Below are positions 29,535 to 40,339 of a DNA stretch of 64,000 bases, in pieces. The DNA comes from Bdellovibrionales bacterium (lineage in GTDB: Bacteria > Bdellovibrionota > Bdellovibrionia > Bdellovibrionales > UBA1609). Both the position numbers and the translations under genes were made by a program. Location: positions 128,001-192,000 of the forward strand of contig DAHVQG010000004.1 of assembly GCA_027317865.1 (NCBI GenBank). Reading direction: 5' to 3'. Numbering within the stretch: position 1 is the stretch's first letter; each line of letters begins with the position of its first letter. The notes beneath the pieces were generated by a model that was not told where the DNA came from, did no database searches, and worked only from the letters and a program-made list of their open reading frames with translations.

Positions 29535-30521
29535 ATGTTGACTCGAATCATGGCTTTGCGCGTCTTACTTGCTGATGAAAGTGTCACTATAAAAAAGGTT
29601 TTTCAAGTAGCCTTGCAAGACTTTGGTGTCGAGGTCACACCCGTCACCATTGGCAGTGATGTTGTCGCGGTGGCCGAACGCGTTCATCCCGATATCGTCT
29701 TCGTGGACGTACTTTTACAAAAGAAAAACGGCTATGACGTTTGCCGGGACTTAAAAAAGACGCCGTCACTGGCCGCCACACCGGTCGTCCTTATTTGGAG
29801 TGGTTTCATGGAACTAGATCAACAAAAATATCGAAACTCGGGTGCAAACGACCATTTAGAAAAGCCATTTGACGCACAGAAATTGCGCTCCATTATCACC
29901 GATTTGGTTCCAAAAACAAAAACTCAACCCGTCGCGCCTTTTGTTACACTTCCAAAACTTCCGGAATTTGACGAAGGCCCGCAATCGGTCCCGCTCGAAG
30001 CGAGCGGCTCTTCGTCTAAAGATAATTGGTCAATGGAAAGTTTTGAACCGCCGGCTATTCCAATATCTGCCGACGCCGATGAATTCACGAATGTTCCAAT
30101 TGCGTCACGCTCGAATTTAAACCGGGCGTTGCAAAATAAAAACCCCAGCACGGCAAACAAGCACGCTGTATCTAAATCCGACGATGAATTGGTAACTGCC
30201 GAAGATGACGGGCTCTGGGTACAAAAATCGTTATCGCGATTTCAACTCGAACCCGATAAGCAAGAGGATTCTGGTTTAGTTGAGCTAAATTTAGATATAC
30301 ATAAAGGCGAAAGCGCCAATCTTATGCCGCCTGAAACACCGAAAGAAGTCGCGCATAAACCAAAAGCTGAAATCCCGCAATTATCGGAAGAGCAGCTTAT
30401 ACAAATAGTTCGTGCGCAATCCAAAGAAGTCATTGAAAAAGTGGTATGGCAAATCTTGCCAGAAATTGCAGCTCAAGTTGTGGAACGCGAACTCAGCAAG
30501 TTATTAGATGAACGCAAATGA
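29535..30521 (+). CDS. romR: RomR-like polarity response regulator (start 29535 or 29550)
   Basis: Receiver VLLADESVTIKKV, Pro/acidic linker, C-terminal SKEVIEKVVWQILPEIAAQVVEREL matching the RomR C-domain pattern. Confidence 0.8.
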   Translation: MLTRIMALRVLLADESVTIKKVFQVALQDFGVEVTPVTIGSDVVAVAERVHPDIVFVDVLLQKKNGYDVCRDLKKTPSLAATPVVLIWSGFMELDQQKYRNSGANDHLEKPFDAQKLRSIITDLVPKTKTQPVAPFVTLPKLPEFDEGPQSVPLEASGSSSKDNWSMESFEPPAIPISADADEFTNVPIASRSNLNRALQNKNPSTANKHAVSKSDDELVTAEDDGLWVQKSLSRFQLEPDKQEDSGLVELNLDIHKGESANLMPPETPKEVAHKPKAEIPQLSEEQLIQIVRAQSKEVIEKVVWQILPEIAAQVVERELSKLLDERK

Positions 30522-31357
30522 CCGAAAATTCGCTCTCGCGCCTGATACAAATCGCATTGCAAGAAGATATCCCGACGGTCGACGTGACCACCGACAGTTT
30601 ACACCTCGATTCACTCCAAGGTCTTGCACGTGTTATTGCTAAAGAGGATCTCGTTCTTTCAGGAACCGACCCTTTTACCGAAACACTAAAAGCCATCGAC
30701 TCATCGGTGACCGTGGACTGGCAATTCCAGGACGGGGCATTTATATTAAATCAGCAAAACATTTGCGTCATCCGCGGCCCCATCGCATCGATTTTAAAAG
30801 GTGAGCGCGTGGCCCTTAATTTTCTTGGCCATCTTTCGGGCATCGCAACTCTTACCCGCTGTTACGCCGAACAAATTAAACATACCAAAACGAAAATTTT
30901 GGATACGCGTAAAACGCTGCCGGGTTTGCGAGCGCTCGAAAAAATGGCGGTCGTTCATGGGGGTGGATGCAATCACCGAATGAGTCTAAGTGATGGCGTT
31001 CTTATTAAAGAAAACCATATTGAATTTGCCGGCGGACTCGCTATAGCGGTTAATTCGATTCAGAAAGAAAGTCGGCTGCCCGTTGAAGTTGAAGTGCGAA
31101 ATCTTGATGAAGTCCGCAAGGCTGTGAGTCTCGGTGTTTGGCGAATTTTACTTGATAACATGTCCATTGACGATATGCGCGAAGCGCTAAGAAATATCCC
31201 GGCACCTATCGAAACAGAAGCGTCTGGCAATATGACACTTGAACGCGTACGTGAAGTGGCCGAACTGGGAGTCGATTTTATCAGCGTCGGCGCACTCACC
31301 CACTCTGCCCCTTGTGCCGATATCAGCTTATTACTTGAACAAAGGACCTCGACGTGA
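30518..31357 (+). CDS. nadC: Nicotinate-nucleotide pyrophosphorylase (quinolinate phosphoribosyltransferase)
   Basis: ERVALNFL, DTRKTLPG, IKENHI, EVEV, LLDN, EASG, ISVGALTHS. Confidence 0.96.
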   Translation: MTENSLSRLIQIALQEDIPTVDVTTDSLHLDSLQGLARVIAKEDLVLSGTDPFTETLKAIDSSVTVDWQFQDGAFILNQQNICVIRGPIASILKGERVALNFLGHLSGIATLTRCYAEQIKHTKTKILDTRKTLPGLRALEKMAVVHGGGCNHRMSLSDGVLIKENHIEFAGGLAIAVNSIQKESRLPVEVEVRNLDEVRKAVSLGVWRILLDNMSIDDMREALRNIPAPIETEASGNMTLERVREVAELGVDFISVGALTHSAPCADISLLLEQRTST

Positions 31358-32142
31358 CGGTACCTCGACCTTTTCACGTCTATGATGTCACGAAAGAATG
31401 GCTCAACAGCAAAATCCAAACCGACTCTTCGCAATTCAAGTTTACCGCTTCACGAATTATTGAAAGCACTAACGATCTCGCTAAAAACGAAGCCTTTAGT
31501 AAGTCGATACCTGGCGAGAAAATATATTTGGCTGATATTCAAACTAAAGGACGCGGCCGCGGCGCAAACGCCTGGATCGCACCCCCCTCCGGTGATGCGC
31601 TTTTGATGACTTGGTCATGGGAACTTGAAAATGCCGCGCAACCGATCACGGCACCCCTCATGGGACTTCACATTTATCGCGCGCTAAATCAGACCTTTTC
31701 AAACGCGGGGTTAAGCCTCAAGCCACCCAATGATATTTATTTTTTAAACAATAAAATCTTAGGAATTCTTGCCGAAGCCTTACAGCAAGGCCCGCGCCAC
31801 CGCCTAATTGTAGGCTTTGGGTTAAACGTATTTTCTGCGCCATCAGGTGTGCCAATTGCCGGATGCTTAAGCGCACTCGAACAAAAAAACGGCGAACCAG
31901 ACCGCAACGAAAATGAACAATATCTGACGGCACCGATTTGGCTGAAGTTTCTTGATGACCTCGCAACGGAACTTCGTACGGCAGTTAAAAAATCACAATT
32001 GAATGAGATGCCCCAAAAGGATTGCGAAGATTTGTTAGCCGCGATCCGCCGACATCCAGCAGGTCTTCGCTACACGCGCGTTTTTCCGAATGGCGATCTT
32101 GAAACCGCCCAAAATGATATGTTATCGTGGCGAAATCTTTGA
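31354..32142 (+). CDS. birA: Biotin-protein ligase lacking the N-terminal HTH
   Basis: STND, QTKGRGR, LKPPND, KILGIL.E, GFGLNV. Confidence 0.85.
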   Translation: MTVPRPFHVYDVTKEWLNSKIQTDSSQFKFTASRIIESTNDLAKNEAFSKSIPGEKIYLADIQTKGRGRGANAWIAPPSGDALLMTWSWELENAAQPITAPLMGLHIYRALNQTFSNAGLSLKPPNDIYFLNNKILGILAEALQQGPRHRLIVGFGLNVFSAPSGVPIAGCLSALEQKNGEPDRNENEQYLTAPIWLKFLDDLATELRTAVKKSQLNEMPQKDCEDLLAAIRRHPAGLRYTRVFPNGDLETAQNDMLSWRNL

Positions 32143-32161
32143 AGCGTAGGAGAAATTTGCC

Positions 32162-32710
32162 ATGTCGCTTTTATACACCCCAGAAGTTGCTCTAGGCGCA
32201 GAAATGCCTAAATTTAAACTTAAGACGGTTGACGAGCGAAATTGGTCATCGGATCAAATCGCGAAAGCTCCGGCCAAAGTGATCGTGTTTATGTGCAATC
32301 ACTGCCCATATGTAAAAGCAGTTGAATCGAGAATCATCACTCTTGCGCGCGCACTTGCGGTTCAAGGCGTGCCGCTGGTTGGGATTTGCTCTAATGACCC
32401 GACCGATTATCCCGAAGACGCCCCCGCTGAACTTCTCAAACGTTGGCGAGAACGCGAGTACGGTTTTGATTACCTCATTGATGACACTCAAGACGTGGCT
32501 CGCGCATTTGGAGCCGTTTGCACGCCCGATTTTTTTGCTTACGATAAACAAAATCGCTTGTCGTATCGGGGTCGGCTTGACGACTCGTGGAAGGACCCAA
32601 GCAAAGTAAAGCGAAATGAGCTAAAAGTCGCCGTCGACAAAATTTTAAAAGGCGAGTCAATCGCCGAACAAAGCCCCTCAATGGGCTGCTCCATTAAATG
32701 GCGCGAATGA
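32162..32710 (+). CDS. Thioredoxin/AhpC-TSA family protein
   Basis: FMCNHCPYV, GAVCTPDFF, YRGRLDD, PSMGCSIKW. Confidence 0.9.
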   Translation: MSLLYTPEVALGAEMPKFKLKTVDERNWSSDQIAKAPAKVIVFMCNHCPYVKAVESRIITLARALAVQGVPLVGICSNDPTDYPEDAPAELLKRWREREYGFDYLIDDTQDVARAFGAVCTPDFFAYDKQNRLSYRGRLDDSWKDPSKVKRNELKVAVDKILKGESIAEQSPSMGCSIKWRE

Positions 32711-32745
32711 TTGGCATAAGCGCAAATCCGCGTTGCGAAAAATTT

Positions 32746-33354
32746 TTATTGCTTAGCCGTTGAACTTTTTTTAGCTGACGGGACTGGTGCGGCATCTGCC
32801 GCGGACTGAATCGCGATGTAATAATCCGTCGTCATCGATTGGGGACCTTGTACTGTATACACCTCAAGCGACGCCACAGCCGTTTTCAAATGATGAACAC
32901 GCGCGTATTTGCGCATTCGCGGATAAACTTTGAACGGACCGATCGAGGGCGACCCGTCAAATGATGCCCAAAGGTATCGTCCCGGTAAGCGCCTTTCTAT
33001 TTTGTACGGTCCCGTCGCGACAATTTTATCTAAATCTTTGGGGGCAAACCTTGAGTCAACCACGCATCCCACTCGGCTTTGCAACCGGCGCTGATCCGTC
33101 GTTTCAGGATTATCCAGGTATTCTCCAAAAGTCTTCTCGCACGTCAAGTTATGTTCCGTGGCCCACTGTTGAACTTTATCCATGAGTGGAGCGACTTCAT
33201 TGTACGGCCCGACGTGGGTTGTATATAGAAGAGTCATCGCCGGCGCCATCTTCATTCCGACCTTCGGAACTTTATACGCTCCCAAATGCACGTAAACGGC
33301 AATGGCAAATGTGACGATCATTGCGACGAAAACAAGAAAAATTGTTTTTATCAA
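32746..33354 (-). CDS. Membrane-anchored GyrI-like small-molecule-binding protein
   Basis: N-terminal TM helix; HVGPY, FGEYLDNP, LEVY. Confidence 0.7.
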   Translation of the reverse strand: MIKTIFLVFVAMIVTFAIAVYVHLGAYKVPKVGMKMAPAMTLLYTTHVGPYNEVAPLMDKVQQWATEHNLTCEKTFGEYLDNPETTDQRRLQSRVGCVVDSRFAPKDLDKIVATGPYKIERRLPGRYLWASFDGSPSIGPFKVYPRMRKYARVHHLKTAVASLEVYTVQGPQSMTTDYYIAIQSAADAAPVPSAKKSSTAKQ

Positions 33355-33384
33355 AGCGGCCCCTTGCGCTGTTTGAGTCGCAAA

Positions 33385-35817
33385 CTAATGCTTTTGTTCA
33401 GCACGTAGCAAATTTAACGCCGATCCCGCCTTGAACCATTTGATTTGTTCCGCATTGAATGTGTGACTGAGTTTCACACGTTCGTTGCTGCCGTCAACAT
33501 GGTGAATAACGAGCGTCAGCTGCTCACCGGGCGCAAAACGTTTTAAACCTTCAATGGTCACGCGATCATCTTCACGGATTCTATCGTAGTCGTTCGGGTT
33601 GACGAATGTAAGCGCCAGCATCCCCTGTTTTTTCAAATTTGTTTCATGAATGCGCGCAAAGCTCTTAGCGATTACGGCACGCCCGCCCAAAAAACGCGGA
33701 CTCATCGCTGCGTGCTCACGGCTCGAACCTTCGCCGTAATTATCGTCGCCGATAATAACCCAATTTTGCTTCTTAGCTTTGTAGTCGCGCGCAATTTTTG
33801 CGAACTCAACATCGTGATCGCCAGTTAAAATGTTCGTACCTTTGCCAATCGCACCGCCAAACGCGTTAGTCGCCCCTAAAAGCATGTTGTCTGATATGTT
33901 ATCGAGGTGCCCGCGATACGTGAGCCATTTACCCGCCGGGCTGATGTGATCCGTTGTACATTTGCCTTTGGCTTTACAAAGTACGAGTGCCTCTTTTACG
34001 TCCTCACCATCCCATTTCGCAAAAGGATCAAGTAACTGTAGCCGGTTCGAAGCCGGATTCACTTTCACTTCGACGCTCGAACCTTTTGGCGCCTGATAAC
34101 CGGTCGGATCAGAAACAAACCCGCGATCAGGAAGTTCAGGAGCTGACGGAGGCTCGAACTTTACAGATTTTCCGGATGGTGTGGTGAGTTCATCGGTCAC
34201 GGGGTTAAAATCAAGACGGCCGGCAATTCCGAGCGCCATTGTAGTTTCTGGCGAGGCGATAAAAGATAGCGTTTCGGGATTGGCATCGTTTCTACCACGA
34301 AAATTGCGGTTAAAACTGTTCACAATTGTATTTACCTGTCCTTTGGCGATGTCTTTACGTTGCCACTGCCCGATGCACGGGCCGCACGCATTGGCGAGCA
34401 CAGTCGCACCCGCGTCGGCGAGCACTTTCATTTGGCCGTCGCGCTCGATGGTCTTTTTGATCTGCGACGAACCCGGAGAAACCATAAATTGTTGGGGCAT
34501 ATTAAAACCATACCGAAGCGCCTGCCGTGCCACATGCGTCGCGCGTCCAATATCTTCGTATGAAGAATTCGTGCACGAGCCAATCAGCGCCGCCGATAGC
34601 CGCACCGGCCAATTATTTTTTTCAGCCGCCGCTTTCATTTCTGAAATCGAGTGCGCGGCATCGGGCGAGTGGGGGCCGACAATTTGCGGTTCAAGAGTCG
34701 AAAGATCGATTTCTACAACTTCGTCGTAAAACCGGTGAGGGTCGCTCCAAACTTCCTTGTCGGCCGTCAAAAGTTCACGATTTTTTTCTGCCAAAGAGGC
34801 CAGCTCCGAGCGCTTCGTAGCCCTTAAATAAGTCGCCATGCGCGAATCAAACGGAAACACCGAACAGGTCGCCCCGAGTTCAGCGCCCATATTGGTGATT
34901 GTCCCTTTACCAGTACAACTAATCGACTCACATCCTTCGCCAAAATATTCGATTATTTTATTCGTTCCGCCTTTTACAGTCAGAATCCCGCAAAGTTTCA
35001 AAATCACATCTTTGGCCGATGTCCAGCCCTGCAGTTTTCCGGTAAGATGAACGCCAACAATATTTGGATTTTTTACTTCCCACGGCAAACCCGCCATGAC
35101 GTCTGATGCATCAGCACCACCAACACCACAGGCGCACATGCCAAGGCCACCGGCGTTGGGAGTATGTGAATCGGTCCCAATCATCAACCCACCCGGAAAC
35201 GCGTAATTTTCAAGCACGACCTGATGGATGATTCCCGCGCCGGGCCTCCAAAATCCAATGTTGTAATGAGATGCCACCGATTGCAAAAAGTCGTAAACTT
35301 CTTTATTTTCTTGCATCGCGGCCTTCATGTCCGGCTCCATGCCTTCGTAGGCGCGAATTAAGTGATCGCAGTGAACCGTGCTCGGCACGGCCGCTTCGTT
35401 TCGGCCAGCCAACATAAACTGTAGAAGCGCCATTTGCGCAGTTGCATCTTGCATTGCCACGCGATCCGGTTCGAGAAGCAAAAAACTTTTACCGCGCGTA
35501 AGGTCTTGCTCCTTAGGATTGGCCAGGTGCCCAAAAAGAATTTTTTCGGTCAACGTCATCGGGCGATCAAGCCGGGCGCGCACGATCCCAAGCTGTTCTC
35601 TCGTCTTATGGTAAACATTGGATACCATTTCGGGGGTGGTATCGATATTTGATGTTTTTCGCGCCAACTTCTTTTTTTGCGCCTTTTTCTTCGTTACATT
35701 TCTTTTCGCAGATTTTCTTGCAACTTTTTTTATAGTCTTTTTAGCGGCCTTTTTAGTGGCCATTTTGGCGGCTTTTTTCGGTGTTCTTTTTTTTGTCGAT
35801 TTTTTCCGTTTTGCCAT
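33385..35817 (-). CDS. Aconitate hydratase (mitochondrial-type) with Lys-rich N-terminal extension
   Basis: [63 protein letters not shown] before ATG 35817. Confidence 0.96.
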   Translation of the reverse strand: MAKRKKSTKKRTPKKAAKMATKKAAKKTIKKVARKSAKRNVTKKKAQKKKLARKTSNIDTTPEMVSNVYHKTREQLGIVRARLDRPMTLTEKILFGHLANPKEQDLTRGKSFLLLEPDRVAMQDATAQMALLQFMLAGRNEAAVPSTVHCDHLIRAYEGMEPDMKAAMQENKEVYDFLQSVASHYNIGFWRPGAGIIHQVVLENYAFPGGLMIGTDSHTPNAGGLGMCACGVGGADASDVMAGLPWEVKNPNIVGVHLTGKLQGWTSAKDVILKLCGILTVKGGTNKIIEYFGEGCESISCTGKGTITNMGAELGATCSVFPFDSRMATYLRATKRSELASLAEKNRELLTADKEVWSDPHRFYDEVVEIDLSTLEPQIVGPHSPDAAHSISEMKAAAEKNNWPVRLSAALIGSCTNSSYEDIGRATHVARQALRYGFNMPQQFMVSPGSSQIKKTIERDGQMKVLADAGATVLANACGPCIGQWQRKDIAKGQVNTIVNSFNRNFRGRNDANPETLSFIASPETTMALGIAGRLDFNPVTDELTTPSGKSVKFEPPSAPELPDRGFVSDPTGYQAPKGSSVEVKVNPASNRLQLLDPFAKWDGEDVKEALVLCKAKGKCTTDHISPAGKWLTYRGHLDNISDNMLLGATNAFGGAIGKGTNILTGDHDVEFAKIARDYKAKKQNWVIIGDDNYGEGSSREHAAMSPRFLGGRAVIAKSFARIHETNLKKQGMLALTFVNPNDYDRIREDDRVTIEGLKRFAPGEQLTLVIHHVDGSNERVKLSHTFNAEQIKWFKAGSALNLLRAEQKH

Positions 35818-36030
35818 AGTACGGCTCCTTAATTGAGTTTGAACGGCCCTATGTTAGGCCCTGGTTGACTAATCCGCAAGCCGAAGAGGCCCGTTGCAAC
35901 GCGCACGCGAGGTCTATCGGCAAAAGAGCGCTGCATGGCGACCAGGCCTAAGGTCAGTTGGATTCATGAAACTGGACATGTAAACTGGTCGCAATTCTAA
36001 AATATGACATGGTTATAGAAAGGGAAAATT

Positions 36031-36582
36031 ATGAAATTGAAAATGGCAACCGCAGTTATTGTGGGTCTGACATTCGCTGGCTCGCTATTCGCGACTCAGG
36101 CGAAGGCGGATTTGCTTGTTGAACCGTTTGCCGGTTACGAGTTCGGCAATATTAAACAGGGCAATTCGTCAGACGGTCTCAGTGGCGCTAACTACGGGGC
36201 GCGTCTTGGTTATGAAAGCCTCGGCTTTATGATTGGCGGCGAATATGCATTGGGCGCATTACGGGGCAGCCCGAGTGGCGGGTCTAACTACAATGTGTCT
36301 ACAACAGATGTAGGAATTTTCGCGGGTTATAACTTCCCCGTTCTTTTGCGCGTTTACGGCACTTACTATCCGCTTTCTACGGCGACCGACGATAACATTC
36401 CCGGAGGTGATCTCAATGGCACGGGTTACCGGGTTGGTATTGGTTTTACGCCTCTACCTTTTATTACGGTTGCCGTCGAAGTGGTTGATCGCGACTATAC
36501 GAAACAAGGCAGTAGCAGTTTAACACATAACGTGAAAACGAATTCGACGCTTATTACTGTCACGTTGCCGTTCACGCTTTGA
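36031..36582 (+). CDS. Small outer-membrane beta-barrel protein
   Basis: Signal peptide (AKA/D), alternating beta pattern GARLGY, GIFAGY, GYRVGIGF, aromatic near the C-terminus. Confidence 0.8.
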   Translation: MKLKMATAVIVGLTFAGSLFATQAKADLLVEPFAGYEFGNIKQGNSSDGLSGANYGARLGYESLGFMIGGEYALGALRGSPSGGSNYNVSTTDVGIFAGYNFPVLLRVYGTYYPLSTATDDNIPGGDLNGTGYRVGIGFTPLPFITVAVEVVDRDYTKQGSSSLTHNVKTNSTLITVTLPFTL

Positions 36583-36643
36583 ATGAACGTTGACGTTAGG
36601 GGAAAATATACTTTTAATATTGTTTAACAATACAAAGATTTTT

Positions 36644-36682
36644 GAGGCCTGCTACCTAGGATTGGTTCAGGCCTCTTTTTTT
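36644..36682 (+). terminator. Intrinsic terminator after the beta-barrel gene
   Basis: GAGGCCTG...CAGGCCTC followed by T7. Confidence 0.7.
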
Positions 36683-36710
36683 ATCATTTTAAATTTTTCG
36701 TAAATTCTTA

Positions 36711-37463
36711 CTATCCGCCAATTTGCGAAGATGGCGTCGCGTTTGAAGGCGCGGTCAAAATCGGCGCCTGCGCTTGGGTCTGCAGCGATTTGTCGACATC
36801 TAATCTGTACCCCGTGCCGATTACCGCCTCGATTGTTACACCGGTTCCGGCTAATTTTTTTCGCAAATTTGAAATGTGAACGTCAACGACTCGATCGGTA
36901 ACCGAAATCGAGTGGCCCCAAACTCGATCCAAAATTTCAGGTCGGGAGAAAATCTTATTTTGGGCTCCCGCGAGAAGTCTGAAAATGCGAAACTCCAAAA
37001 AAGTTAGGTCGATCATCTGCCCGGTGTCGTTTTTAAATACCCGTTGCTCCTGCAAATTACAGACAAGGCGACCAAGACGCATGATCGAAAGCTGATTGGC
37101 ATTAGCCGCAAATTTTCTAAGTTTTGCATCGACGCGCAATTTCAGTTCGTGGGCATCAAACGGTTTAACTACATAATCATCGGCGCCGAGCGAAAACGCG
37201 CTGGCTTTGCTGGCAAGATCGCTGCGGCCGGTGAGAAATATAATCTGGGCACCGCGAAATTTATCTGAATTGCTCGCCATAAATTCAAATGCGTTGCCAT
37301 CTGGTAATTCAACATCCAACAATACCAGCGAAAATTGAGTTCGAGCTAACAGGTCTTGGGCTTGTTTTAAAGTCGTCGCAAACAAGTAATCGTACCCCTG
37401 CAATATGCTTTCAAGTATTAGCAGGATTTCGGGAGCGTCTTCCACGCAAAGTATCTTATACAT
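36711..37463 (-). CDS. OmpR/PhoB-family response regulator
   Basis: VED, LLDVELPDG, GADDYVVKPF, winged helix DRVVDVHISNLRKKL..VIGTGY. Confidence 0.93.
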   Translation of the reverse strand: MYKILCVEDAPEILLILESILQGYDYLFATTLKQAQDLLARTQFSLVLLDVELPDGNAFEFMASNSDKFRGAQIIFLTGRSDLASKASAFSLGADDYVVKPFDAHELKLRVDAKLRKFAANANQLSIMRLGRLVCNLQEQRVFKNDTGQMIDLTFLEFRIFRLLAGAQNKIFSRPEILDRVWGHSISVTDRVVDVHISNLRKKLAGTGVTIEAVIGTGYRLDVDKSLQTQAQAPILTAPSNATPSSQIGG

Positions 37464-37639
37464 AGTTGTCTTATTATCCGATTACGATTCGTCGGCCAAT
37501 ATTGGGCTCCAAAAATGCCGAGAATTGTCACTGGCATTAAGGTTTCTTGATCTCCGGTTTATAGTCCCTTTACTGCGCTATGAAAAACTCTAAAAAAAAC
37601 GCTAATTGTCCATCAAAATGCTGGGGGCTTTAGTCTACA

Positions 37640-40207
37640 ATGTGGCCGAGATTTTTAAACGAATCATCTCCAAAAAAGTCCGTTTTTAAGTTTAATCACC
37701 CGGCCAAGTTTGCTCAGTCGATGATTGAAAAAACATCGACGACACGAGGGCAGTTAGAAGTCGGCTTTGTGTTGATTTGCGTTTGGGCGACAATAACTGC
37801 CGGCATTTACTATACGACCGGTTATTATTTTCCGTCACTTACCGTTATTTTTGTTTTGCTGTTCGGGATTGCATCCAATTTTGTCACCGCCGTGAGTCTC
37901 AGCCTTTTTATAAGTTTCTTTTACGATCGCATGCATCTCATGTCTTTTTTGACTTCGTCTGATTTTTTGCCGTTTGATGTCGCAACATTCGATCATATTT
38001 TGGTGATCATTATGACCGCCTGTGTGGCGGGCATTCTCGGGAGTCTCATGCGGCGCGCTCTTGTGGAGCAAACAAAGTTACGCCGGGACGCCGAAACGGC
38101 CTGGCGTGCGGCCGTAAAACAAACAAATTTACTTGCGGCAAGTGAAAGCCGTTTGCGAACACTTAACCTGACACTCGAAACCCGAGTCGCGCAGCGAACC
38201 GCCGAACTACGCGGAATTATCCGCCACTCCCCACTTGCCATTTTCACCCGAACCCTCGACGGGAGAATTAAAATTGCCAACGAAGAATTCGAGCGATTTA
38301 TCGGCAAAAACCGCGCCGAGATCATTGGCCGCATTGACAGTGAAATTTTGCCGCCTGATTTGCTCAGATTTGTTCGCGATCTCGACACCAAAGTTAAGAT
38401 GTCAAAGACTGCGTATCGATTCGAACACACGATCGAGTATATAAAAGGCGACCGGGTATTTTATTTTATCGGTTTTCCAATATTTAATCCCGCACTTGAA
38501 GTGGAAGCAATCGGCGGAATCATAAAAGACATGACGGACACACGCCGCATCGAAAAGGAAAAATCGGAACTCGTCATGCGGGAGCGCCTTGCAAATGAAG
38601 CTTCACGCTTGAAATCGGAATTTTTGGCAAACATGAGCCATGAAATTCGCACTCCTATCAATGGTATTATCGGCATGGCAAAACTTTTGTCCGAGACGGA
38701 ACTCAGCATTGAACAAAAACGCCTTCTTCGGACCGTCGAATCGTCGTCAAGTCTGTTACTTTCAATTATAAATGACATATTGGATCTTTCGAAAATCGAA
38801 GCCGGGCGGATTGAACTTGAAAATGTCACCTTTCGGCTCAAAGACCTCATTTCTGACGTCATCGAGTGCTACGAGCCGCTCATTTTCGCCAAGGGTTTGG
38901 CATTTCAAAAACCCGGTGAACTTTTTGAGAATACGTGGCTTGAGGGCGATCCCGGACGGATCCGCCAGATTCTCAATAATCTATTGAGTAATGCGCTGAA
39001 ATTTACGAGCACCGGTTCCATTATGCTTGGAGTTCAAACAGTCAAATGCGATGACGGCCAGGTCGATTTAAGATTCTCTATAACGGATACTGGAATTGGG
39101 ATTTCTCCCGAAGTACGCACTAAATTGTTTCAAAAATTCTATCAGGGTGATACTTCAACGGCTCGCAAGTTCGGCGGCACTGGTCTTGGATTAGCGATTT
39201 GTAAGCGCCTTGTGGATCTCATGGGCGGACAAATCGACGTGGCAAGTCAACCCGGTACTGGCACAACGTTTTCGTTTTTTGTCCGGGTTAAAAATATCGA
39301 AAAGTCGCAAACTGCGAGCTTTGGTGAAACTGCCAACCATGTGTTGCGTGCGTTCGATCCATCACTCCGCAAAACAAAACGAGTTTTGATCGCTGAAGAC
39401 AATCCTATTAATCAAGAAATTACGCTGCGAATGCTTGAAAAGGCGGGATATCAAGCACAAGCGGTAGCGAACGGATGCGAAGTACTCGAGTTGATCAACA
39501 ATACCCGTTTTGACCTCATTTTAATGGATTGCCAAATGCCTGAAATGGATGGCTACGATGCAACCCGCGAAATCAGGCGCAAAGGCATAAAGCTGCCCGT
39601 CATCGCGCTAACCGCATGCGCATTTAAATATGATCGCGAGAAGTGTCTAGATGCCGGCATGACTGATTTTGTCGCCAAACCGGTTACAAAAGAAGAACTC
39701 ATTCGCGTTGTGGACCGGTGGATTGCCACAAGCGCGCCGGCCGACGGACCAAATTTAAACACCGGTGAAAAAAGTTTTTCAGCGCCCCAGTTTAGCGAAA
39801 TTGAAATCTTAGATGTTTCTATGATCAGCCGACTTGAACAACTCGATAAAGAAGGCAAAAACGGTTTAGTTAAAAAGCTAATTCAAATGTATTTAACAAT
39901 GACTCCCAAAGCGGTTAATGAAATCAGAGAAGCGGTCGATAAGCCCGGACCGCAGTTACGTAAGCTCGCCCACACGTTAAAATCGAGTAGCGCGAATCTC
40001 GGAGCACGCCGAGTGGCAACGCTCCTGCAAAAAATTGAAAGCGGCGAGTTTCAAGATCACGAGTTAGCGAAAATTGTTGATACGCTCGAACGTGAAGTCG
40101 AACTTGCACAAAAAAGTCTCTTGGATGTACTCGACGGCAAGTTGGCTAACAATGCCAATGACCATACCGGCGACGACACACTTCAATGGATGGAGATCGT
40201 CCATTAG
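37640..40207 (+). CDS. Hybrid sensor histidine kinase (TM-PAS-HisKA-HATPase-REC-Hpt); start uncertain
   Basis: [45 protein letters not shown]. Confidence 0.95.
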   Translation: MWPRFLNESSPKKSVFKFNHPAKFAQSMIEKTSTTRGQLEVGFVLICVWATITAGIYYTTGYYFPSLTVIFVLLFGIASNFVTAVSLSLFISFFYDRMHLMSFLTSSDFLPFDVATFDHILVIIMTACVAGILGSLMRRALVEQTKLRRDAETAWRAAVKQTNLLAASESRLRTLNLTLETRVAQRTAELRGIIRHSPLAIFTRTLDGRIKIANEEFERFIGKNRAEIIGRIDSEILPPDLLRFVRDLDTKVKMSKTAYRFEHTIEYIKGDRVFYFIGFPIFNPALEVEAIGGIIKDMTDTRRIEKEKSELVMRERLANEASRLKSEFLANMSHEIRTPINGIIGMAKLLSETELSIEQKRLLRTVESSSSLLLSIINDILDLSKIEAGRIELENVTFRLKDLISDVIECYEPLIFAKGLAFQKPGELFENTWLEGDPGRIRQILNNLLSNALKFTSTGSIMLGVQTVKCDDGQVDLRFSITDTGIGISPEVRTKLFQKFYQGDTSTARKFGGTGLGLAICKRLVDLMGGQIDVASQPGTGTTFSFFVRVKNIEKSQTASFGETANHVLRAFDPSLRKTKRVLIAEDNPINQEITLRMLEKAGYQAQAVANGCEVLELINNTRFDLILMDCQMPEMDGYDATREIRRKGIKLPVIALTACAFKYDREKCLDAGMTDFVAKPVTKEELIRVVDRWIATSAPADGPNLNTGEKSFSAPQFSEIEILDVSMISRLEQLDKEGKNGLVKKLIQMYLTMTPKAVNEIREAVDKPGPQLRKLAHTLKSSSANLGARRVATLLQKIESGEFQDHELAKIVDTLEREVELAQKSLLDVLDGKLANNANDHTGDDTLQWMEIVH

Positions 40208-40339
40208 TCGAATTTATATTAGCTCAAAAAAGTAATCGCAAAGCCCCATCCAATTTCAGGAATTATTAACGACCACCTTATTCCCCGCTGACACCAACCA
40301 GATAAGCGTTACGGACAAACAATTTAACCGGGAGGAATC

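Noticed and set aside
34181-34729. 182-aa ORF antisense to aconitase and similar antisense ORFs across the window
   Set aside because: Shadow frames of well-supported genes with no independent motifs
37531-37546. TGGCAT-N5-TTTC as a sigma54 promoter for the hybrid kinase
   Set aside because: The -12 element lacks the conserved G; too weak to call
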